Origin: Octopus sinensis
Taxonomy: Eukaryota
Direction of reading: 5' to 3'
Length of the DNA stretch: 64,000 nucleotides
NCBI RefSeq assembly: GCF_006345805.1
Contig: NC_043011.1
Coordinates: 48,620,464 to 48,684,463 of the forward strand
Shown here piece after piece: positions 12,541-24,437 of the stretch. A program made the position numbers and the translations under genes. The notes under the pieces are model-generated. The model had not been told where the DNA came from. It saw nothing but the letters and a program-made list of their open reading frames with translations, and searched no databases. Numbering within the stretch: the first letter of the stretch is position 1; every line of letters begins with the position of its first letter.

Positions 12541-12688
12541 ATATATGTGTGTGTGTATATGCATGTATATATACATAATATATCCATACAAACACACACT
12601 CACAGATAGATTTATATATAAATAATAACACTGATATGTTGCAGTTCCCTACAGCTGTTTCAGATGGGTTCTTAACTGAATTTATTTA

Positions 12689-13159
12689 CAGGTCATCGTC
12701 GACTTATGACCACAATTGGTTCCGACTGACTGGTTAAAAGTCAATTTGGTTGTAATTTGGCCTATAAGTCTACATAGCTATGTTTTATATTTTCATATTC
12801 TTAAGGTACATTCTCAGGTAAAAGTCACACACAGCATTCTGTATTATACCATTATACTGGCATTAGTCAAAAGTTTTGGAGTCTCAAGCAGTCATCTTAT
12901 GAACAAATATGAGGTTGCCTTGATGTCTCCACGACAGGATATTTATCCAACACTTGGGATAAACACAGAGGCGACTGATAAATAAACCTAGGAGAAGTGT
13001 CTTTTAGCTGACCTCACATGTAGGTAGGTTAATTTCTAAAAAGTTAAACCCATTAGATTTCACCTGGACTATTTATTATTGCTGCTGGGAGCTAGCATGC
13101 CAATCATCATAAAGTCAATCAGTCGTAAGTTAGATAGGTCATAAGCCGACAGCGACCTG
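12689..13159. mobile_element. Tigger/pogo-like (Tc1/mariner superfamily) MITE
   Basis: TIRs CAGGTCATCGTCGACTTATGACC / GGTCATAAGCCGACAGCGACCTG, flanked by TA on both sides. Confidence 0.8.
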
Positions 13160-13212
13160 TATATATGTGTGTGTGTGTGTGTGTATATGTATATATGTAT
13201 ATATATATATAT

Positions 13213-13760
13213 ATATTATATATATATATATATCATCATTGTTTACTGTCCGCTTTCCATGCTAGCATGGGTTGGACGATTTGACCGAGGACTGGCAAAC
13301 CAGATGGCTGCACCAGGCTCCAATCTGATCTGGCAGAGTTTCTACAGCTGGTTGCCCTTCCTAATGTCAACCACTCCGAGAGTGTAGTGGGTGCTTTTAC
13401 ATGCCACCAGCATGAGGGCCAGTCAGGTGGTACTGGCAACGGCCACACTCAAATGCTGTTGTTTATGTGCCACCTGTACAGGAGCCAGTCCAGCAGCACT
13501 GGCAACGACCTCGCCTGAATGTTATTTCATGTGCCACCGGCATAAGTGCCAATAAGGCGACACTGGTAACAATCATGCTCAAATGGTACTTTACGTGCCA
13601 CAGGCACGGAAGCTAGTTAGCTGCTCTGGCAATGATCACGCTTGGATGGTGCTCTTAGTGCTCCACTAGCACGGATGCCAGCCATAAAATTTGATTTCGA
13701 TTACACTTGCCTCAACAGGTCTTTGCAAGCAGAGTTTAGTGTCCAATGAAGGAAAGGTAT
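13213..13760 (-). mobile_element. RTE-type 3' UTR copy with several diverged ~60-70-bp internal repeats
   Basis: Reverse of the family C tail followed by repeated gccaccggca...ctggcaacga...gctc.aatggtgctttta units. Confidence 0.85.
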
Positions 13761-13765
13761 GCATA

Positions 13766-13805
<40 letters not shown>

Positions 13806-14754
13806 ACACAAAATTTAAATACTCAATACAAGTAGTATGGAAGCTGATTATATATTTCATTTCTACTCAGAGGTTTTTTTCAGAATAAGCTATGTTCAAT
13901 GCGATAAAAGAAATCACCAACAACTGAATCATTGACTACAAACGAGTATATTTATACCCACACAGAAACACAAGTACACCCACCTGTATACACACTAATG
14001 AACACACACACACACATATACTAACACACATATACATCTTTGTACATAAAATCATGGATATTGACCATATAATTTCATATGCAATTTTATAAAGATTACT
14101 GGTGATAGAGAGCCATTCATATGTACACATATACTACATAAAAATATAACTACGTATGACCTATATAAAAGATAGTGTATAAAGAAATTTAATCTTCCAT
14201 GAAAATGAGTTATTGCTTCTGTTGTAAGTTAAAGCCATTCATTTTCCCCTTTATGACAATAATGCATTTTCTGGAATGGTCAGAAGCATCACAACACTAT
14301 ACAGTATCACGACATACAGAAAGAACTAGGTACTTTCTTGAATGATACTTCAAACTAAGTAATACCTTGAATGCATTTCTCTCTTTTTCTCTCTCTTTGT
14401 TTGTGTGTGTATGTGTGTATCCTTGAATGCATTTCTCTCTTTGTTTGTGTGTGTGTATGTGTGTGTGTGTGTGCATCTCTCTCTCTCTCTCACTTGCTAT
14501 GACTTGAAACATCAGAAATATATCCCCACTATGATATACAAAATTAATAAATATACATATTATATAGATCAAAATAATTTTTGCCTGTGCAGAACATGGA
14601 TCAGTGTAAAAGAACTTTAATCCACTCTCACACTTTCTTACTTTCACTTTCGTTTTCCTCCCTCTGATACATATAGAAAGTGAACCAAAAGGCAAGCAGC
14701 AAAATATTTGACATTTTAGTTTTTAATATGCTATTATTATTAATATTATTATCA

Positions 14755-15116
14755 TTATTGCCTCTGCCTTCACTAAGGAGGAGGTGTTGTTTACAGTTGT
14801 GCTTGTTTGTCCATGGACAAGATATCTCAAGAACTGCTCGATGGATTTGGATGAAACTTTCAGGGATGTTTGGCCTTGTGACTGGCATGAACTGAATATA
14901 TTTTAGGATCGATCCAGTACCAGACAAGAATTCTGGATTATTTTTCCTATTTTTTTACTTAATTTTTGAGAGCGGTCAGGTTCATTTTTAGTATTCTCAT
15001 TCGTGAGAGCAGTTGAGTTTATTTCAGATATTCTCATTTTAAAAGTCATCAGTTAATCATTGAAAGGAAGTTAGTGTTGCCCTGGCAGATGTTTGTGATC
15101 ACTGAGTGCTCTTGTT
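14755..15116 (+). mobile_element. Helitron/Helentron-associated non-autonomous element (HINE/DINE-1-like)
   Basis: Starts cctctgcc..aaggaggaggtgttgttt...atatctcaagaactgctcgatggatttggatgaaact and ends gccctggcagatg..ctgagtgctcttgtt, the layout typical of these elements. Confidence 0.6.
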
Positions 15117-15127
15117 ATTATCCTTAA

Positions 15128-15290
15128 GGCAGTGAGCTGGCAGAATTGTTGACACATTCTGAGTTCAAATTCTGCTGGGGTTGACTTTGCCTTTCATCAT
15201 CATTGATAAATTAAGTACTAGTGAAATACTCTCCCAAAATTTCGGGTCTTGTGCCTTTAACAAAAAGGATTATTATTGTTATTATTATTA
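15128..15290 (+). mobile_element. SINE family B, deleted copy
   Basis: ggcagtgagctggcagaattg...gttgactttgcctttcatc...ccaaaatttcgggtcttgtgcct then (ATT)n. Confidence 0.8.
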
Positions 15291-15291
15291 A

Positions 15292-15870
15292 GGTAGTGAG
15301 CTAGCAGAATCATTAGCATGCTCTTTTACTCTTTTACTCTTTTACTTGTTTCAGTCATTTGATTGCGACCATGCTGGAGCACCGCCTTTAGAAGAATCAA
15401 ATCGACCCCAGAACTTCTTCTTTGTAAGCCTAGAACTTATTCTATCGGTCTCTTTTACCAAATCACTAAGTTACAGGGATGTAAGCACACCAGCATCGGT
15501 TGTCAAGTGATGTTGGGGGACAAACACAGACACACAAACACACAACACACACACACATCAAATCCACTCACAAAGCTTTGGTTGGCCCGAGGCTATAATA
15601 GAAGACACTTGCCCAAGGTGCCATGCAATAGGACTGAACTCAGAACCATGGGATTGGTAAGCACGCTATTTACCATACAGCCAGGGCAAAAATGCTTAGC
15701 AGGATTTCATGCATCTTTAAGCTCTGAGTTCAAATTCTGCTGAGGTCAACATTACCTTTTTCACGGTCGATAAAATAAGAATCAGTTGAGTACTGGGGGG
15801 TCGATGTAATTGACTTTCCCCCTCCTCCGAACTTGCTGCCCTTGTGCCAATATTTGAAATCATTATTATT
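15292..15870 (+). mobile_element. SINE family B interrupted by a family A insertion
   Basis: B head at 15292-15320 resumes at 15683 (agggcaaaaatgcttagc). Confidence 0.8.
15321..15682 (-). mobile_element. SINE family A nested in family B
   Basis: Reverse copy of family A with (CTTTTA)n tail. Confidence 0.88.
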
Positions 15871-16067
15871 TTTACCTTTGTTCATCAAGCACATGTACGT
15901 ATACAGTCATCGTTATTTTATCTATTTTATTCAATTTTAGGAAAATTGAAACATGTCCTCAACAATTCTGTCTGTCTGTTGGGCTGTCTGTCTATCTATG
16001 AGTTGTCTGTCTTTTAGTTTATCCATCTAGCTATCTACCCATTTACCTATCTATCTATATCTGTCTG

Positions 16068-16104
<37 letters not shown>

Positions 16105-16657
16105 GTTTTTGTGTGTGCATACATATGTGTGTATGTATGTATCTATCTATTCATCCATCCATCCATCCATCCATCTATCCACTTATCTATTTTGCTCTCT
16201 ATCTATACCTCTATCTCTCTAGCTATCTCTGTGAGTGTTAGTGGCGTGTGTTTGTACACACACAAATACATATTTACACACACACACACACACATACACA
16301 CACTGTACATGAATTAATAATTTACAGGCATTTGTATCTACGTTTGTAATGTAAATGTGACTTGCCAGTTAACTGAATCAGTAACATTGTTTTGATACCC
16401 AGTTGAAACAATTTCTCTTCATTTACATTACAGATACCTTTGAGACTGGTACGGATGTTATAAGTTATATCTACATGTCTACACCAAAAGTGTTTGGCTG
16501 CCTCAAGACAGAGGAAAGAGAAACACAATTTTACTCATGTACCCATTCGAACATACAATGAAAGCCACAACAAAGTAGATCTGGAAAAAGATAACTTTTA
16601 ATACTTTCTCTCTCTCTATGTATATATGTGTATATATGTGTGATATATATATATATA

Positions 16658-16710
<53 letters not shown>

Positions 16711-16747
16711 ATAAGGCACACTGTATGATGCATGTGTACGTACAGCC

Positions 16748-17149
16748 ATGCTACATGGCAGTGAAACATGGGCTGTGACTGCTGAGGATATGCGTAAGCT
16801 CGCAAGAAATGAAGCCAGTATGCTCCGATGGATGTGTAATGTCAGTGTTCATAATCGACAGTGTGTAAGTACCTTGAGAGAAAAGTTGGATCTAAGAAGC
16901 ATCAGTTGTGGTGTGCAAGAGAGACATCTGCGCTGGTATGGGCATGTGACGAGAATGGGTGAAGATAGCTGTGTGCAAAAGTGCCACACTCTAGCAGTTG
17001 AGGGAACCTGTGGAAGAGGTAGACCCAGGAAAACCTGGGACGAGGTGGTGAAGCACGACCTTCGAACTTTAGGTCTCACCAAAGAAATGACTAAAGACCG
17101 AGACCTATGGAAGTATGCTGTGCGTGAGAAGACCCGGCAAGACCAGTGA
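16748..17149 (+). pseudogene. RTE-clade reverse transcriptase C-terminal fragment (133 aa ORF; frame open a few codons upstream)
   Basis: MLHGSETW...MLRWMC...RHLRWYGHV...GRGRPRKTWDEVVKHDL...DRDLWK are diagnostic RTE post-RT motifs; the RT catalytic core is absent. Confidence 0.88.
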
Positions 17150-17214
17150 GAACAGTCAAAATCAAACCAAATCAACATCAGTGGAAATTGCAGCTGTGGT
17201 TAAGCGAACCATCC

Positions 17215-17575
17215 GATCGTTTGTCTGTTGCCAGCCTCGCCTGGCCCCCGTGCCGTTGGCACATAAAAGCACCGTCCGCTCATGTCCGTTGCCAGCCTCG
17301 CCTGGCCCCCGTGCCGTTGGCACATAAAAGCACCGTCCGCTCATGTCCGTTGCCAGCCTCGCCTGGCCCCCGTGCCGTTGGCACGTAAAAGCGCCATCCG
17401 CTCGTGTCCATTGCCAGCCTCACCTGGCCCCTGTGCTGGTAGCATGTAAAAGTACCTTCCGCTCATGTCTGTTGCCAGCCTCGCCTGGCCCCCGTGCCGG
17501 TAGCACGTAAAAGCACCATCCGTTCGTGGCCGTTTGCCAGCTCTGTCTGGCACCTGTGCAGGTGGCACGTAAAAA
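17215..17575 (+). repeat. ~60-bp minisatellite (about 6 units) in the RTE 3' UTR
   Basis: Unit catgtccgttgccagcctcgcctggcccccgtgccgttggcacataaaagcaccgtccgct repeated head-to-tail. Confidence 0.92.
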
Positions 17576-17769
17576 GTAACCACTATACTCACGAGTGGTT
17601 GGCGTTAGGAAGGGCATCCAGCCGTAGAAACACTGCCAATCTGACTGGGCCTGATGAAGCCTTCCGGCTTCACAGACCCCAGTTTAACCGTCCAACCCAT
17701 GCTAGCATGAAAACGGACGCTAATATGATGATGATGATGATGATGTATGTATATATATATATATATATA

Positions 17770-18123
17770 TAAGGAAAATAAGACAAGGTAGAAAATGCTA
17801 AAATAATTTTATTGTGAAGAACACTTTATTACCGGTTTCAGTCATATTAAATATTTCTTTAAATCTGCTACTACCTACCTACCTACCTACCTACCGAGCT
17901 TTCACAAAAGTAAAAAGAAGAAAGGCAGTAAATGGAAAATGTCCTACCTATTTGAAAACTATGAAAATATATAAAAAAAAAACTTTTCATTAAATTTTCC
18001 CACAAATTAACTGTTTTTCATGAGTTACTCAAATTTGAAAAAGTTGCAAAGGCTGAAACCGGTATTAAATGTTCTCCATGATAAAATTATTTTAGCATTT
18101 TCTACCTTGTCTTATTTTCCTTA
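17770..18123. mobile_element. Element with ~70-bp terminal inverted repeats in TA context
   Basis: 17770-17841 taaggaaaataagacaaggtagaaaatgctaaaataattttat...accggtttcag is the reverse complement of 18053-18123. Confidence 0.8.
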
Positions 18124-18199
18124 TACATATGAATTTGTGTGTTACTTTTCAACCCTCTACACACACACACATACACACGCATACACATATATATATAAC

Positions 18200-18350
18200 A
18201 TTGGAAAATACCTTAGGAATGAGAAACCAGGTTCGAAATTTCCCCAAGACACCTGGTGAAGGCAGGAGAGTACATCTGCCGAAACACTGTATTAACATCA
18301 AAGAAGATGAGGATAAATATCTGTCAAATGTAAATAATGTAAATAAGTAA
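18200..18350 (+). mobile_element. Penelope-like terminal repeat fragment with degenerate hammerhead (18248-18293)
   Basis: ccttaggaatgagaaaccaggttcgaaatttccccaagacacctggtgaaggcag...ctgccgaaac; same family as 61390-61530. Confidence 0.65.
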
Positions 18351-18374
18351 AAGAATAAAAGAATTTATGTACAT

Positions 18375-18900
18375 GGTCCAGTTGCACTCATAATCACAGG
18401 ATCATGGGTTTGATTCCTGTTTTGGGCAGAACATTGTGTTCTTGAGCAAAACACTTCATTTCATATTGCTCTGTATAGTAATTCGGAGCAGCACAGACAA
18501 TGCTGGTGAGAGAAGAAAAGAGAGCGAGAGACACACACATCATGTACACCCATATGCAGACATAGACACACAGCTGGGATTTACCCTAACTATATACGTA
18601 ACATATATATGCCAAGGAGTGTGACCTAGCGATTAGGATATTGCACTTACAATTGCTAGGTTGTTGGTTCAATCCTTGGCCGAGCAGCATGTTGTGCTCT
18701 CAAGCAAAATACTTCATGTCACTTTGTTCCACTTCACTAAGCTGTAAATGGGTGACCTTGCAAAGGACTAGCCCTCTGATTGAGCAGGACATTCACCTGT
18801 TCATCTAGCCAGTGGGGTGGCTAAAATGAGGCAAAAGAACATTGTGACCAATGATGTATAACGTCGTCTGACAGTCTGGTCAGTTATATGATCCCGAATA
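18375..18900 (+). mobile_element. Two degenerate tRNA-SINE copies (F/G group) at 18375-18480 and 18612-18900
   Basis: tRNA-like heads followed by gtgttcttgagcaaaacactt CORE-like motif. Confidence 0.6.
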
Positions 18901-19214
18901 TTAATATATAGTTTTTGTGTACGTAAGAAGCTGGCTTCTCAAGCATATGGTTTCAGTAACATCGCATGGGACCTGGGGCAAGTGTCTCCTAAAATAGCTG
19001 CAAGATGACCAAAGCTTTGAGAGTGGGTTTAGCAAATAGACAAAAAAAAAAAGAAACAAGCCTACCATACATGTTTGTTTGTGTATGTATGTGTGTGCGT
19101 GTATGTGTGTGTGTGTGTGTGTGTCCTTGTTTTGATAGCGTGTAATGGTTATATGAGATTCCTTATGAGACAAACGAGATGTTGTTTCTTTCAAGACTTC
19201 ATTGAAAAAAAAAA

Positions 19215-19390
19215 ATGTCTGGCCATGTAGAAATATTATCTTATTTGGAAACAAGTAAGTGAAGAGGGGGGTCACTGATAGGATGGACATCCTCCAAGAG
19301 AAAATCTGCTTCAATGAATTCTGTCTGATCCATGCAAGCATGGAAAAGGTGTTGGTAGAAGAAAATGATAATGATGATGATGATGAGGTA
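19215..19390 (+). mobile_element. Short (GAT)n-tailed repeat related to the family C tail
   Basis: ...ccatgcaagcatggaaaag...gatgatgat; similar to 28400-28572, 39215-39365 and reverse copies at 22760-22910 and 23610-23760. Confidence 0.6.
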
Positions 19391-19399
19391 TCAGATGCA

Positions 19400-19689
19400 T
19401 CATATGTTAGCGAGTGTGTGTTTATATATAATATATATTTGTGTGTATGTGTGTGTCTGTATATATATATGTGTGTGTGTGTGTATGCATGTATACATGT
19501 GTATTTGTGTGTGTCTGTATGTGTATATGTATGTATACATGTATATACACATACACACACATATATATCAATGCATTCACATATGGAATATGTTCAAACA
19601 CGCACACACATGTAAATCGCTGAAATTAATGTTGGTCGGTTTGCTGGTTGGTTGATTTTTCCAGTCCTGCTTTACATCATATGCAGAGA

Positions 19690-19731
<42 letters not shown>

Positions 19732-19972
19732 AAGAGAGAGAGAAAGAGAGGTTATGTGGAATTAAACACACCAGCACTGTTTGTCCGGTGGTGATAAACA
19801 CATACACACACACGCCCATACATACATATGTGTGTGTGCATGTGTCTGCATATATAATATATATAACACACATATAATATATATATATATACATACATAT
19901 TATATATATATATTATATATATATATATTATATATATACATACATACATACATATATATATATGTATATAGA

Positions 19973-20034
<62 letters not shown>

Positions 20035-20060
20035 TAATATATATATGAATACAGTATACA
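19400..20060. repeat. Compound (GT)/(GA)/(TA) microsatellites
   Basis: Directly visible. Confidence 0.85.
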
Positions 20061-20294
20061 TCTGAACACATTAGAGGCATCCATGTACTAGTAGAAATTT
20101 CTAATATTTCTTATTACCCTTGATTTCATTAATTATTGATAATTTTTTTGAATAATTTTCAAATTGAGAAGCCAGCATTTTTTTCTACTACTGACAAGGA
20201 ACTGCGCTTGCGCTGTAGATTTGAAAAATTAGAACGTATAAGTATAGGGCATGTACTGGATTGCCTCGTGTATATATGTTTAATCTAGGGTGTA

Positions 20295-20363
20295 CATGCT
20301 GAAGAAAACTTCGCCTAGCAAATTATTTTATTTGCTAAAATATGTCTGAAACCATGGTCCAGG
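20295..20363 (+). ncRNA. Type I hammerhead ribozyme candidate
   Basis: CATG CTGAAGA AAAC..TAGCAAAT-TATTTT-ATTTGCTA..GTCT GAAA CCATGG TC CAGG; palindromic ACCATGGT stem III, GUC triplet; stem I 3 of 4 paired. Confidence 0.6.
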
Positions 20364-20479
20364 AGTCAGATGGTAAATGTTTTTATTTTTCAATCCCTTC
20401 GAAGTTTTATCCCTAATGGTGGTTTCGAATTTAACCGCTCTTTCTAGCATGGAAGGAGTCCTATATAGATGTATACATA

Positions 20480-20896
20480 TGTATACACACACACACACTT
20501 ATACATATACATATATATACATACATATGTATATGTATATATATACATACATATATTTATATATACATGTATATGTGTGTGTGTGTGTATATATATAGAT
20601 AGATAGACATATATGAATATCTACATATATATATATATACATATAGATACACACATATATATATATATATATATATACATCTATATACATGCATATATGT
20701 GTAATTATATATATATATATATTCATATACATATATATGTATTCATATACATACATACACACATACACACACACACATATATATATATATTCGTTTATAT
20801 ATAAATACATATATACATAGATATTCATTTTGTCAAGTGGTGCTATTAAGTTAGAAATGGCCTGGGCCAATACTGACTGAAACCTATCAAAGTATT

Positions 20897-20949
<53 letters not shown>

Positions 20950-21040
20950 ATGTGTGTGTGTATGTGTGTGTGTGTATGTGTGTGTGTATGTGTGTGTGTG
21001 TATGTATTCATATATATATGTATTTATGTATATACATATG

Positions 21041-21082
<42 letters not shown>

Positions 21083-21090
21083 TATTAGGC
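20480..21090. repeat. Compound (TA)/(CA)/(GT) microsatellite
   Basis: Directly visible. Confidence 0.9.
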
Positions 21091-22301
21091 AGTGAGTACA
21101 AAAAGAAGAGAATATAGAAGAAGAGACAAACAGACACATGTACATGCATTATCTGTTGATGTATATTTGCATGCAGATACGCATGCGAGTGTGTTTGTGC
21201 TTATGTTTGTCTCATTTCTGTCTACACATTTAAGGTTAACGGTATAACATACAATAACCTTCTGACATATGTAACAATAGAATCCATTATTGCCAATGGC
21301 AGGCATTTTATGCCTATGTTTAGAGTTATGATGTTGTAGCTGTTGGAATCGGTTGAGGAGAAGAATGACGCTGTTGTGTGTGAAGCTCATCAAACAAGCC
21401 CACAAAGCCATGCGGATTTCATTATTTTTGTTCAGATCAAGGCATAGCGAGAAATCCAGCCTCCAGCATTTTCTTTGAGAGGTTGAAGAGGTAAGTCATC
21501 ACACAGCAGTATTCTATCTTTAAATGAAAGCAGATACGAAACGTTAATGAAAATCTTTTTACCGAATATTTCGGAAAAATCAAATGGTTATTACCACAAC
21601 GCTTATGACGCCGCAATTCATATCGGCATAGAATTGCCGCAAAAATAAAAAAAGAGGTCATAAAAACGTTAAATTTATAGAATAAACAACTAATAAATAG
21701 ATTGATGTGGAGATAACCACTGGAAAAATATTTGCAACTTTATAACTGCTTTCGTCCTTCCATGTGTTGAGGTTTATGTCATTATGGGAAAAGAAGTTTG
21801 TGTTTCAGGTAGAAATTTTCATTGAAACTAGAATCAATAGGAAAGAATTGCTATGCTATATCCATCAATGTTCCATCAAAGACTGCATGCTGTGATATCA
21901 GTTATGGCATGAACATAAATAGATGAACAAACATTTGAACCCATACATGTTTGTAGTGACCTGAAATTTATTCATAGTCATGGTGATGAGATGATGGCAT
22001 GCCTGTATTTATTTCATATGAACGTGCTTAGAGGAAAAGTGAGTGGAGTAAATTGTATGGGCATGCATCTATCTCTTGCTGTGTGTACACGTGCACACAT
22101 TTATACGTATATATATATACACACACTCATACATATGCACTTGTACACAAATACACACATATACATATCTATAGAAATCTTATACATATAATATAGATAA
22201 ACATGCACACATATATACTTATATACATATAAATAATAATTATATCTACATCTATCTTTTTATGTGAATATATGTATATATGTATATATATATATATATA
22301 T

Positions 22302-23933
22302 ATACATAAACATGCATATTTTTTTTATAAAAACATCCATATTAACTTGCATTAGGTGAATGTTTTATTGAGGCTTTGTTTTAGAGCTGGATGCTCTCCA
22401 TGTTAAATCGGGTACTGTGTTTTTTTTTATATTCAATTAAGAAATCTTTTATTTCACATGACTTTGAAGTGCAAAATCAGTGTATGATTTGTGGACAAAC
22501 GAAATGCTAAAAGCATTACCACTCATAGCTCAGCAGTTTTCAGAAATATATGTGTGAATATATACAAACATAGATATGCACGTGCTTGTGTGTCTGCATA
22601 TAATATCACGGAATGAGCTTCTTTCACTTTCCACTTTCCAGGTCCACTCGTAGAGCTTTTGTCTGCCCCATTCTCCAGAAGAATAACCCAACCATGAACA
22701 GAAGGCAAAGGAGATGGTTGGATGGATGTGTGTGTTTAGGTGTTTAAAAATGCATCATCATCATCATCATCATCATCATCATTTTAGCATCATCTCAGCA
22801 TCAACATTTCCAGGCTTGCATGGGGGGTGGAATTCATTGAGGCAGATGTTCTATGGCTGGACATTCTTCATGCTGCCAACCTTCATCATTTCCAATCAAG
22901 GTAATAATCACCTTGTATATGAGCAACAGACAACTTGGAGATAATTAATTAGAAACAAATGACACTATCAGAATGATCTTTTTGTTTACAGTTAGTAAAC
23001 ATACATACAGATGAAGAGATATACAAACTTACTCACATAAATACAAACACACATAAATATATATACATACATATATGCATATATATTTATATATATATAT
23101 ATATATAATATATATATATATATGTATTATATATATATATATATATATATACATAAACATGCATATTTTTTTTATAAAAACATCCATATTAACTTGCATT
23201 AGGTGAATGTTTTATTGAGGCTTTGTTTTAGAGCTGGATGCTCTCCATGTTAAATCGGGTACTGTGTTTTTTTTTTTTTTATATTCATTAAGAAATCTTT
23301 TATTTCACATGACTTTGAAGTGCAAAATCAGTGTATGATTTGTGGACAAACGAAATGCTAAAAGCATTACCACTCATAGCTCAGCATTTTTCAGAAATAT
23401 ATGTGTGAATAATACAAACATAGATATGCACGTGCTTTGTGTCTGCATATAATATCACGAATGAGCTTCTTTCACTTTCCACTTTCCAGGTCCACTCGTA
23501 GAGCTTTTGTCTGCCCCATTCTCCAGAAGAATAACCCAACCATGAACAGAAGGCAAAGGAGATGGTTGGATGGATGTGTGTGTTTAGGTGTTTAAAAATG
23601 CATCATCATCATCATCATCATCATCATCATTTTAGCATCATCTCAGCATCAACATTTCCAGGCTTGCATGGGGGGTGGAATTCATTGAGGCAGATGTTCT
23701 ATGGCTGGACATTCTTCATGCTGCCAACCTTCATCCATTTCCAATCAAGGTAATAATCACCTTGTATATTGAGCAACAGACAACTTGGAGATAATTAATT
23801 AGAAACAAATGACACTATCAGAATGATCTTTTTGTTTACAGTTAGTAAACATACATACAGATGAAGAGATATACAAACTTACTCACATAAATACAAACAC
23901 ACATAAATATATATACATACATATATGCATATA

Positions 23934-23943
<10 letters not shown>
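22302..23943. repeat. Near-identical tandem duplication, period 848 bp
   Basis: 22302-23095 is repeated at 23150-23943; the same ORF start occurs at 22714 and 23562. Confidence 0.95.
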
Positions 23944-23981
<38 letters not shown>

Positions 23982-24026
23982 ATATATATGTACACACACA
24001 CATACACACACATACATATGTATGAT

Positions 24027-24280
24027 TCGGTGGCACGTAAAATGCACCAGTCCGACCGTGGCCGTTGCCAGCCTTGCCTGGCCCCTGTGCAGGTGGCATG
24101 TAAAAAGCACCCACTGCACTCACAGAGTGGTTGGCGTTAGGAAGGGCATCCAGCTGTAGAAACACTGCCAGATCATACTGGAGCCTGGTGCAGCCTTCTG
24201 GTTTCCCCAGATCCCTGGTCAAACCGTCCAACCCATGCTAGCATGGAGAACGGACGTTAAACGATGATGATGATGATGAT
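24027..24280 (+). mobile_element. RTE-type 3' tail copy (family C)
   Basis: Same tail with ~1.5 minisatellite units and (GAT)n end. Confidence 0.88.
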
Positions 24281-24437
24281 ATGTACATACACATATATAT
24301 ATTACAGTCCTATATGTAAGAGATGAGGAATTATGTACACGATTGCAAAATTAGGGGTTTTCATATACATGACTTTTAAACACGTTAAAATATGGTACGT
24401 ATATGTAACAGACACTCATACATAATAAATAAATATT

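Larger units (their letters stand above)
16715..17745 (+). mobile_element. 5'-truncated RTE-clade LINE (ORF C-terminus, 3' UTR and (GAT)n tail)
   Basis: ORF remnant plus family C 3' end; begins right after a (TA)n run. Confidence 0.9.

Noticed and set aside
17215-17575. CRISPR-like array with palindromic units
   Set aside because: The whole 60-bp unit is repeated with no unique spacers; it is part of an RTE 3' UTR
21436-21490. Possible 55-nt internal exon (tttttgttcag|...gaagag|GTAAGT; one open frame QGIARNPASSIFFERLK)
   Set aside because: Good-looking splice sites, but no recognisable protein and no partner exons identified; needs RNA-seq
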